Origin: Methanobacteriota archaeon | GTDB lineage: Archaea; Thermoplasmatota; Thermoplasmata; SG8-5; DAIRED01 | Reading direction: 5' to 3' | Assembly (NCBI GenBank): GCA_043799545.1 | Contig: JAZDNO010000004.1 | Location: 64,001-128,000 of the forward strand | Length of the DNA stretch: 64,000 bases | Shown here: positions 18,801-26,543 of the stretch, piece by piece | Layout: each line of letters begins with the position of its first letter | Numbering within the stretch: position 1 is the first letter of the stretch | Translations under genes and position numbers: made by a program | Notes under the pieces: generated by a model | The model's database searches: none | What the model saw: only the letters and a program-made list of their open reading frames with translations | What the model was told of the DNA's origin: nothing

Positions 18801-20738
18801 GACCGACCCGAATGCGTGTATCAGCGGATAACGGTCTTGGGTGTTCCCGTCGACATCGTAAGGCGCGTCTCCGAGACCGTCCTTCCCGGGCAAGTCTTGG
18901 TCGACCCCCCACATTGCATCCAAACCCGCGTAATCGTTCCAGTAGTTGCCGCCCCGGGGATATGGCGCACTCCAGTCGTTATTTAATTGGTTGTCCATAC
19001 CCTGCGCCACGTTATCGATTAGGTTGTTATTGTATATCAGGTTGTAGTCCGAAGAACCGATGTATATGCCTGTGTTGGTGCTGTCTGATATGGTGTTGTT
19101 CCTCACTTGGTTCTCAGTTCCTGAGGAAAGGTGTACGCCCATGGCGTTGCCTGTGAACGTGTTATCCGCGATGGTGGCGTAGGACGAAGGGAGAAGCAAG
19201 ACGCCCGACTGACCATTCACGTCGAACGTATTGTCCGTAATATTGATCCAAGAAGTAGTCTCAAGCCATATGCCATCCTGAACGTTGTTATGGATGTCAT
19301 TGGAAACGATCCAGCTTGCAGTGATGCCGTTCATGTGGATGCCCCTGTCATTGTACGAGATGTTGCAATTTGTCACTGTGTTTCGATCCGAATTAGCTGT
19401 AGTCTCCAAACCGCAACCGTCGTTGTTGGACAGTGTGCATTTGGTGATGTTGTTCCACTCTGAGTCCTGAAGGAAGACGCCGTTTCCGGTGTTGTTCGCG
19501 AATGTGCAGTTTATTATGCGGTTTCTATCGGACTGGCTGTTGAGAACTAAGCCTTGGAGCGCGTTCCCCATCGCGCTGTCGCGCACAGTGTTCAATCTGC
19601 TCGTGAGGAAGTATGCCCCGGACCCGGTGTCTCGCGACGTGACGTCGGATATCTCGTTGTTGTCTGAATAATACAGCGTGATTCCGTGAGTCTGGTTGTG
19701 GAGAGCCAGGTTGGAAATCCTTCCATTTTGCAGATTGTAAAGGTCGACCCCGGAGTTCGGCCGGAAAACGTCCAGACCGCCACTCGCATTATACAATGAG
19801 CAGTTCGAAATAACGAAGTATTCGGTCGTGTTGCCTATGTATATGCAGCATCCCGCCCCGGTCCCGTTGATGTCCCAGTTCTCGATCGTCCAGGGATTCC
19901 AAACGGTACCGTTCCCCGTCGCCCAGTTTACGACGCCGTGCCCAGCGTCGAAATCGCCATCGGAGTCGATGCGGATGGGCAGATGTGGCGTCATGCTGAA
20001 TCTGGTGTAGCTCTCCCAGATTTCTGTGGCGTTGAGGGCGCGGGACCAGATGCGAACCTCGTCGATTGAACCGTTGAAAAAAGCGGCAGTTCCAAACTCG
20101 CAACCAATGTTTAACGTTTCAGTGCATCCCTCGGTTCCTGGTGTTGAGCTAGAACTTGTGTTCACTAACATTCCATCAAAGTATAACCTTAATAGCTCGT
20201 CGGTAGCGTTCTTTGTTGCGGATACGTGATGCCACCTGCCATCATTTGCTGACACTGATGCAGAAGCAGACACTCCGGCATTGTACGATCGGAATGTCAG
20301 GTTGTTTCCAGTGTCTCTTATCTGAAATTCATATCCTGTGCCTGAGGGATCTCTTTTTCTCATTATCTGCATGAAAGAAGTAGCTGGATTGTTTAATTTA
20401 ATCCACGCCTCAGCGGTAAAACCAGCACCGGCACCGCCGATATTTAGGGCAGGGTTATGGCTCACATTCACATAATCATTTAGACCATCGAATTCCAATC
20501 CATTTTCAGAAATTCCGGGAACCCATGCCGGTCCTTTCATAAGCGTCCCGTCGTTTCCGTTGCCGCTCGTGTCGTATGCAACCGTACCTGCCCCCTCGTT
20601 GAACTTCCACTCCGCGACCAGCGATGGATCAACCATCGCTGATGTCTCAGCATTCGCGGCTTCGCTGGATGGAATTATCACGACAACCGCGCTCGCCACC
20701 ATCATCAGCCCCAAAACCGCCGCCAACAGCCTGTTCAT
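15882..20738 (-). CDS. Large cell-surface protein: LamG-like domain, NosD/parallel beta-helix, Ig-like and repeated beta-sandwich modules, C-terminal TM anchor
   Basis: Signal peptide; WKFNEGAG...GSIDEVRIW LamG; NxIxNC beta-helix repeats; GGNYWNDY; D(xx)AP repeats; YWWIIIIVLMAAMALIYVMI + KK. Confidence 0.85.
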   Translation of the reverse strand: MNRLLAAVLGLMMVASAVVVIIPSSEAANAETSAMVDPSLVAEWKFNEGAGTVAYDTSGNGNDGTLMKGPAWVPGISENGLEFDGLNDYVNVSHNPALNIGGAGAGFTAEAWIKLNNPATSFMQIMRKRDPSGTGYEFQIRDTGNNLTFRSYNAGVSASASVSANDGRWHHVSATKNATDELLRLYFDGMLVNTSSSSTPGTEGCTETLNIGCEFGTAAFFNGSIDEVRIWSRALNATEIWESYTRFSMTPHLPIRIDSDGDFDAGHGVVNWATGNGTVWNPWTIENWDINGTGAGCCIYIGNTTEYFVISNCSLYNASGGLDVFRPNSGVDLYNLQNGRISNLALHNQTHGITLYYSDNNEISDVTSRDTGSGAYFLTSRLNTVRDSAMGNALQGLVLNSQSDRNRIINCTFANNTGNGVFLQDSEWNNITKCTLSNNDGCGLETTANSDRNTVTNCNISYNDRGIHMNGITASWIVSNDIHNNVQDGIWLETTSWINITDNTFDVNGQSGVLLLPSSYATIADNTFTGNAMGVHLSSGTENQVRNNTISDSTNTGIYIGSSDYNLIYNNNLIDNVAQGMDNQLNNDWSAPYPRGGNYWNDYAGLDAMWGVDQDLPGKDGLGDAPYDVDGNTQDRYPLIHAFGSVSIAHIRMNTGAGNSGENLTDTVADVGFSGDVFASAYDANWTYLFDANVTWSLQNFSGASASLTGAWGLNNTLSSGAATGYAHMTVVYAPGINYTINITINRYFPDLSIDGVGGNIFQDPPGPEQTMTRGIGINGARSYSASATNNGTAPDRFTLMWVTTGLNGGWNATLYCHWNGTTIDANFGTIVLDLGNLNPGQSANFSMNVTSPANASWGDMRSVGLGLFGGNATNHDSFGVTSQIWTPDAIQIVHPSNGTEIGTVYVDGGQAVMARAIASNVTGGDLGPISVAWSVAPVLGTFDNATGPNSTFTAGYTGGWTIVTGTDSTWGSDSFTVFITGDSTAPSSGCDVTGAYWRTTTPITLTATAIDASPSSGIANVELFYRYGAINGTWTVPWTSAGIDNAALWSWPFNFPDGQGFYEFYTIATDKLGQTEAAQAVADLRHGFDSDAPATTISIGTPKNGTATVYVNRSTPFNLTATTDLSGVAAIKYRIWDGGWSGLNIYTGNFTLEDQIGIAYIEYFSIDLAGNQEAPNNVTVWPDEEPPVVTLTITAPRFGLNPVCIMPSTVFNLTATDAGSGVAGMWYRIDSGAWVAYSGNFALTASGAHNISVMASDNIGQNSTLDTFYVFVDTIVPVTSVEIGAPSYGTAPVYISSSTQINLTANDSGAGVDLIRFRVYRDSTGTWTSWATYSGPLNFSTAGAYAIEYRALDNLGNTEAIKKLDIIVDLSAPAIDATVGSPKYGNAPTYITTATSLTLAASDSGSGVAEMRYSVDAGAWTAYSVALTFATEGAHAIRYYAADNLGHESAESTIEIFVDVTPPTASMSPTPTGGAIVLHAGENVTLMAIDADVGGATIFYSLDGGTTWSQYTAPLVFDADATLMFYAEDALGNRAATHTVSIDVTGGGVGGGGFGDYWWIIIIVLMAAMALIYVMIRKKGKDAGQDAEEDPKAPDEMAEDVSGDSPDPGKGENSPGP

Positions 20739-20820
20739 CGCCTCACCTACTAAGGCGTTAAAGGGGCAACGGCGTTAATAGCTTTTCCTCGCACGAAACC
20801 TCATCGGGCCAGCTTTTCGC

Positions 20821-23607
20821 TCAGAACGTCCCCCAGATTGCGTTCAGCTCCTCCGGCTTCTTCAGCGCCGCCTGCGCGGCCGCGAACCGCGCGACCGGCA
20901 CCCTGTACGGCGAGCAGCTCACATAGTCCACGCCGATTGTGTGAACGAAGCCTATCGATTTCGGCTCTCCACCGTGCTCGCCGCAGATGCCTATCTTCAG
21001 TCCAGGCTTCGTCCTGCGCCCGAACTGCACGGTGATGGCCATCAGGCGCCCGACTCCCTTCTGGTCGAGCACCTCGAACGGGTTGTCTTTCAGGATCTTG
21101 CGCTCGTTGTACAGCGGCAGGAAGGTGTTCTCCGCGTCCTCGCGGCTGAACGAGAAGACGGCCTGGGTCAGGTCGTTCGTGCCGAAGGAGAAGAAGTCGG
21201 TCATCTCCGCGATCCGCCCGGCGCGCATGCACGACCTCACGACCTCAATCATCGTGCCGAACTTCATGGGAATCTTCAGGCCGTAGGCCTTCTCGACAGC
21301 CTCCTTCTCCTCCATCAGTTGGCTGTTCACCCACGCCAGCTCGTCCTTGGTGCAGACCTGCGGTATCATTATCTGCGGCTCGACCTTCGAGCCGTCCTTG
21401 ATTCTCTCGGCCGCAGCCTCGCATATCGCGCGCATCTGCATCCTATAAATCTCGGGGTACGTTATCGCCAGGCGTACGCCGCGGTGGCCGAGCATCGGGT
21501 TGACCTCCATGAGGTTCCGCACCTTGGCGAGCATCGAGAGCTTCACGCCCAGGGTCTTCTGGGCAATCTCCTGCTCGTGTATCATCTCCGTTTCCTTTGA
21601 AAGCCTGTGGACGACGGACTTTGCCTCGTCCGGGAGGGGCACCAGGTCCACCGCCCCGGACAGGGACTTCATGAAGTTCAGCCACTCCACGAACTTCTCC
21701 AGGTTCGCCACGTCGGCGTTCAGCTCGTCCACGCTGGGCAGGAACTCGTGAAGCGGGATGTCCAGCAAACGTATGACAACGGGCTTCTCCCCCATCACTT
21801 TGTATATCTCGATGAAGTCCTTCTTCTGGAACGGCATCAGCCTGTCCAGCGCGTGCTTGCGCCCCTCGGCGTCGTCGGCCAGAATCATCTCGACCACTAT
21901 GGGAAGCCGGTCGGTCGCGTTGAACATCCTCTCCGTCCTGCAGAGGCCGATGCCCTCGGCACCGAACTTCTTAGCCGCGAGCGCTTCCGCCGGCGTCGAG
22001 GCGTTCGCCCACACCCCCAGGCGGCGCATCTCGTCCGCCCACTTGAGAATCCTCTCGGCCTCCTGGGAGAGGTCGGGCTCGATGGTGTCTATCTGGCCCA
22101 CCATCACGAGCCCCTCAGTGCCATCGATTGTCACCCAGCTCCCCTCCCGGACCGTCGCCCCGCCAGCAGAGAACGATGCCTTCTCTATCAAAAGACCCTC
22201 GCAGCCGCTGACGCAGGGCTTCCCCATGCCGCGAGCGACCACCGCCGCGTGGCTGGTCTTGCCCCCCCGCGCGGTCATTATGCCCTCTGCGGCGAAGAAT
22301 CCATGAATGTCGTCCGGCTTGGTCTCGACTCTGACTAGAACGACCTTCTCCCCGCGCTTGTGCCAGGCCTCCGCATCATCTGCGGTGAAAACGACCCTTC
22401 CCACGGCCGCTCCGGGCGACGCGGGCAAACCCTTGCATACGGGCTTTACTGGAACCTTTGGGTCGAGCCTCCTGTGCAACAGATGTCCAATCTGGTTCGG
22501 GTCCACCCGGAGAATCGCCTCCTTTTTTGTTATGAGCCCCTCGTCCACCATGTCGACCGCCATCTTGATGGCGGCTTGCGCGGTCCTCTTGCCGTTCCTG
22601 GTCTGGAGGATGAAGAGCTCGCCGCGCTCGATTGTGAACTCGAAGTCCTGCATGTCCTTGAAATGCGCTTCCAGCGCGGGGTAAAGCTTCCGGAGCTGCT
22701 CGAACTGCTCTGGCATCTCGTTCTCCATCTCCGTGACCGGCTTCGGAGTGCGGATTCCGGCGACGACGTCCTCGCCCTGGGCGTTCCTCAGGTATTCGCC
22801 GTAATATTCCTTGATGCCGGTGCTGGGGCTCCTCGTGAAGCCCACGCCAGTCGCCGAGTCGTCGCCCAGGTTGCCGAACACCATCATCTGCACGTTGACG
22901 GCCGTGCCCAGATCGTCCGGGATGTTGTTGAGCCTCCTGTACGTGATGGCCCGCGGCGTGTTCCAGGAATCGAAAACAGATTTTATCGCGAGCTCCAGCT
23001 GCTCCATGGGCTCCGCGGGGAACGCCCTGCCAGCGTGCTCCTCCACAATCTTCAGGTAAGTCCCTACGAGCTCCTCCAGCGCCCCCTCGTCCAGCTCGAC
23101 GTCAGTACTGGCCTTCTTCCTCTCCCTCAGCTTCTCGAGCTGTACTTCGAAGAGGTCCATGTTCACGTTCAGCACGACCTCGCTGAACATCTGGATGAGC
23201 CTCCGGTAACAATCCAGGGCGAAGCGCCTGTCCCCTGAGAGCTTCGCAAGCGTCTCAACCGTGTCCGCGTTCAAGCCCAGGTTGAGGATGGTGTCCATCA
23301 TCCCCGGCATCGAAGACGCAGCCCCGGAGCGCACCGAGACCAGCAGCAGGTTCTTCGAATCCCCGAACTTCTTTCCCGTCGAGGCTTCAAGCTTTTTAAC
23401 GGAATCCGTCACCTGCTTCCACATCCCCTTCGGGAACTGGCGCCCGCTCTTCAGGAAGTGGACGCACGCCTCCGTTGTGATTGTGAAGCCCGGAGGGACG
23501 TTGAGCCCCTGCCTCGTCATCTCGGCCAGGTTCGCCCCCTTCCCGCCGAGCAAAGGCTTCATTCTCGCGTTCCCCTCGGAAAACATGTAGACGTATTTCG
23601 CCGGCAT
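20821..23607 (-). CDS. ppdK: Pyruvate phosphate dikinase
   Basis: LGGKGANLAEM, SVRSGA..SMPGMMDTILNLG, GGKTSHAAVVARG (phospho-His), GIGLCRTE, FSFGTNDLTQ, GICGEHGG; start at 23607 (MPAKYVY). Confidence 0.97.
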   Translation of the reverse strand: MPAKYVYMFSEGNARMKPLLGGKGANLAEMTRQGLNVPPGFTITTEACVHFLKSGRQFPKGMWKQVTDSVKKLEASTGKKFGDSKNLLLVSVRSGAASSMPGMMDTILNLGLNADTVETLAKLSGDRRFALDCYRRLIQMFSEVVLNVNMDLFEVQLEKLRERKKASTDVELDEGALEELVGTYLKIVEEHAGRAFPAEPMEQLELAIKSVFDSWNTPRAITYRRLNNIPDDLGTAVNVQMMVFGNLGDDSATGVGFTRSPSTGIKEYYGEYLRNAQGEDVVAGIRTPKPVTEMENEMPEQFEQLRKLYPALEAHFKDMQDFEFTIERGELFILQTRNGKRTAQAAIKMAVDMVDEGLITKKEAILRVDPNQIGHLLHRRLDPKVPVKPVCKGLPASPGAAVGRVVFTADDAEAWHKRGEKVVLVRVETKPDDIHGFFAAEGIMTARGGKTSHAAVVARGMGKPCVSGCEGLLIEKASFSAGGATVREGSWVTIDGTEGLVMVGQIDTIEPDLSQEAERILKWADEMRRLGVWANASTPAEALAAKKFGAEGIGLCRTERMFNATDRLPIVVEMILADDAEGRKHALDRLMPFQKKDFIEIYKVMGEKPVVIRLLDIPLHEFLPSVDELNADVANLEKFVEWLNFMKSLSGAVDLVPLPDEAKSVVHRLSKETEMIHEQEIAQKTLGVKLSMLAKVRNLMEVNPMLGHRGVRLAITYPEIYRMQMRAICEAAAERIKDGSKVEPQIMIPQVCTKDELAWVNSQLMEEKEAVEKAYGLKIPMKFGTMIEVVRSCMRAGRIAEMTDFFSFGTNDLTQAVFSFSREDAENTFLPLYNERKILKDNPFEVLDQKGVGRLMAITVQFGRRTKPGLKIGICGEHGGEPKSIGFVHTIGVDYVSCSPYRVPVARFAAAQAALKKPEELNAIWGTF

Positions 23608-23688
23608 TTCAATCCCGCCTTTCAATTCCACAATAAATCTACGGATATTATGGTTGCGCTCGCGCAACCGATGTCAACCCGCCGTGGC

Positions 23689-26451
23689 TCAGCCACCGTT
23701 CTGCGCCACGAGCCCGCGAAGCGACGCCTCCGCCTCGGCCTTCTCGCCTAGCTCCGTTCCGTACAGGGGCAGGACCAGCTTGACCGCGTTCAGGATGTCC
23801 ACGTCGTCCACCCGTCCCTCGCCGCGCAGCGCGGCCAAGACCCGTGCAACGTTCTGTATTCCCAGCTCCGCGGTGTTTCCACCAGCGCCCAGCTCGGCGC
23901 ACATCCTCGCGGTCATGTCGAGCTGGCTCTCGCTAAGGGTCGAGCGCGCTAGCGCCTTGCGGGCGGATTCGAGCTGCTCCAGCGTCGCCGCCTTCTCCGC
24001 CTGGCTGACCTTGGCGAAGCTCTCCGGCGATTCGGAGAAGACCCGCGCGAACCTCTCGGCCTTCACTGAGATGCGCAGCGCATCCAGCTCGTCGTACTTT
24101 ACTAGAGCGGACATGTGCTCCAGCAGCATCGGGTGCACCTCGCCGTCGGGGCTTCCCAGCGTGCCTATGATTGTGAACCTGCACGGCACGTCGATGTCCG
24201 AGTCCTCGCCCTCGATGAAATTCCGTCCGGTGGCCAGCACCTCGGCGATGGACTCCGCCGCCTCGCTGGGAAGCTCGTCCACGCTCTCCACGAAGACCAC
24301 GCCGCGGTGAGCCCTGGTGAGCAGGTTCGGCGTCAGCATGTAGTGCACGAATACCCGTCCCTTGAGCCTGTCCCGCGTGGCGGTGTGCGGGACATTTATC
24401 ACTGGCATCTTGAGCTTCACTCGTTCCATCTCTCCCGAGTCGGCTTTTATCCTGCAATAGTTGCAATAAGCCTCTGGGTCGTCCGGGTCGCAGAGGAACC
24501 TGCAGCCCTTGACGGTATCGACCTCGAACCCCATGTCCTGGACGTACCTGAGGGCGTTCCGCACGGCCTCCGTGGAAAATCCGGAGAGCATCAGCCCCTT
24601 CACCAGCTCCGGCGAGGCGAAGGCCAGGAGGAGCTTCTCCTTCAGCACCTCGTTCTCCGCAACGGAGCGCGCGACGTTCATGAACTGCGCCGCCTGGCCT
24701 CCAGTCCCGTCCAGCTCCCAGAGGGGTTTGAGGGCCACCAGCGCGTTCGCGATGTCCAGGTCGTCGACCTGGGAGCGGATGCGTTTCGCCGCGAAGGTCT
24801 TGGCGAGCTTGTTGACCTTGCTGATGAAGTCCGGGTTAGCCGAATACCTCGAGGCTATGGACCAGACAACCTCCTCGGAGTATGCGCCAACCTTCATCCC
24901 GGGCACCATCTTCCGCGCCTTGATGACCTGGAAGATGGACTCCTTGCGCTGCCTGTCGAGCTGGCTCTCGAAGCGCGCCGGGTCGACGTCGTAGCCTTTG
25001 CGGTACGTCAGGCTCCTGGCGCTGGAGTAGAGGTCGTCGCCGGCCCCGATGTCCACCACGGCGTCCACGATGTCGGCGATGTGCGCAGACGGTTCGTAAC
25101 CTGGCTCCGCCACGGCCACCAGCGTGAAGCGCGCGGGGAACCTCATCCTGTTGCCGTCCTTCTCCAGCTCGTAGAAGCCCCGCTTCAGCAGCGCGGCCGT
25201 GGCTTTCAGGAGCTTGCCATCCATGTCGGGCAGCTTCCCGGCGTACAGCATGCCCCTGTGCGCCTTTCCGATGAGACCAGGCACGACGATGAACCTGATG
25301 TAAATCTCCCCCAGGAGGTCCCTCACGCTCCCGGATTTTGGCAGGGTCACGATGGGGTATGTCCAGAGCGACGTCGGTATCTCTTTCGACTTGTCTTCCA
25401 CGTGGCCGGAATCTATGTATCGCAGCCTGCACGCGTGGCAGTAGTCCTCCGGATGGTCGGGCGAGCAGCCCACGTCGCATCCGGCGTTCGCCTTTATCTC
25501 CAGCGAGAGGTCGTCCAGGTACTTCATCACCTCCGCAACTATTTTGGTGTCTGCCCCCCTGAGTAGTATCCCGCGTATGTCGGGGTTGACCAGCGCCCCC
25601 ATAAGCGCCTGCAGCACGTCGTCGAAATGCATGAGGTCGTCCACGCTCTTGGAGCCCACGGCCTCGTCCGGGGGAAGCGCGTGGTGGTAGAACCCGCCCG
25701 AGACGCTGGCAATCTCGGTCGCGAGCTGGCTTCCCTCCTCGCTCACGTCTATTATCAAGGCCGGCACGGCCGCCTCGTTTATGGCGAGCGACGTCCCTTT
25801 AATCTCCCCGCGCACGTCCGCGCCAGGAACGATCGGCACGTTCGCCGTCCCGTCCGTGACTATGACCAGGAGCGGTCGCGTGTCCTTCTCTATCCTGAGC
25901 TTTGACTGGAGCGCCTCGAGGCCCTTCCTCATGCCCGCCGCGAGCGGGGTCGTCCCGCCGTACTGGACCCTTTCGACGTAGGCCTGGCCCTTGTCGATGC
26001 TGGAGGTGAATGGAACGACCATGTCCGCCCCTCGTCCGAAGCAGGCGACGACGGAGATGCGGTCCCTCTTCTGGTAGGCGTCCATCATCAGCTCCCGCAG
26101 CGCCGCCTTGATTGCCATGATGCGCGAGTGCGTGACCATGGAGCTGCTGGTGTCCATGACGATGCAGATGAGGCTGGAAATCTTGCGCCTGCGCACCTTC
26201 TCCTTGTAGTCGCGCTTCTTGATTTCGAGTTTTCCGCCTGCTGAATGCATGATGGCGGATTTTATCGTCGGCAAAAGCGCTATGTCCTGGCAATCGGACG
26301 TCGAGGGGGTGCGGTAGCGGATGTAGCGCCCGATGCGCCCCACGGTCATGATGTCAGTGCGCCTCCCGGCCCGCACTATGCCAGTGACGACGCGCTTGTT
26401 CTTCTTGTGGAGCAGCCCCCCCATTACCTTCTTGAGTTCCCCCTTGCTCAT
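23689..26451 (-). CDS. ChlD-related protein with N-terminal vWA (intact MIDAS) followed by two degenerate AAA+ modules
   Basis: GRYIRYR...DIALLPTIKSA and DTSSSM, GGTTPL, VTDG (vWA/MIDAS); two C-terminal modules with LVNPDIRGILL / FASPELVKGLML and Cys inserts but no GxxxxGKS or DE motifs. Confidence 0.85.
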   Translation of the reverse strand: MSKGELKKVMGGLLHKKNKRVVTGIVRAGRRTDIMTVGRIGRYIRYRTPSTSDCQDIALLPTIKSAIMHSAGGKLEIKKRDYKEKVRRRKISSLICIVMDTSSSMVTHSRIMAIKAALRELMMDAYQKRDRISVVACFGRGADMVVPFTSSIDKGQAYVERVQYGGTTPLAAGMRKGLEALQSKLRIEKDTRPLLVIVTDGTANVPIVPGADVRGEIKGTSLAINEAAVPALIIDVSEEGSQLATEIASVSGGFYHHALPPDEAVGSKSVDDLMHFDDVLQALMGALVNPDIRGILLRGADTKIVAEVMKYLDDLSLEIKANAGCDVGCSPDHPEDYCHACRLRYIDSGHVEDKSKEIPTSLWTYPIVTLPKSGSVRDLLGEIYIRFIVVPGLIGKAHRGMLYAGKLPDMDGKLLKATAALLKRGFYELEKDGNRMRFPARFTLVAVAEPGYEPSAHIADIVDAVVDIGAGDDLYSSARSLTYRKGYDVDPARFESQLDRQRKESIFQVIKARKMVPGMKVGAYSEEVVWSIASRYSANPDFISKVNKLAKTFAAKRIRSQVDDLDIANALVALKPLWELDGTGGQAAQFMNVARSVAENEVLKEKLLLAFASPELVKGLMLSGFSTEAVRNALRYVQDMGFEVDTVKGCRFLCDPDDPEAYCNYCRIKADSGEMERVKLKMPVINVPHTATRDRLKGRVFVHYMLTPNLLTRAHRGVVFVESVDELPSEAAESIAEVLATGRNFIEGEDSDIDVPCRFTIIGTLGSPDGEVHPMLLEHMSALVKYDELDALRISVKAERFARVFSESPESFAKVSQAEKAATLEQLESARKALARSTLSESQLDMTARMCAELGAGGNTAELGIQNVARVLAALRGEGRVDDVDILNAVKLVLPLYGTELGEKAEAEASLRGLVAQNGG

Positions 26452-26543
26452 GTCGATACCTAATAAGTGGTTGGGGGTATTTCACGGCTTCGGTTGAGTG
26501 GAGGCGTAATCTGGCCGGCGCCTGGTATGGACGATTGGAGCCG

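Noticed and set aside
360-26451. Annotating the ChlI/ChlD-like genes as Mg-chelatase (chlorophyll) or cobaltochelatase
   Set aside because: No ChlH/CobN or tetrapyrrole genes in the window, and the architectures (TM fusion, vWA-first) differ from the canonical enzymes; family membership only.
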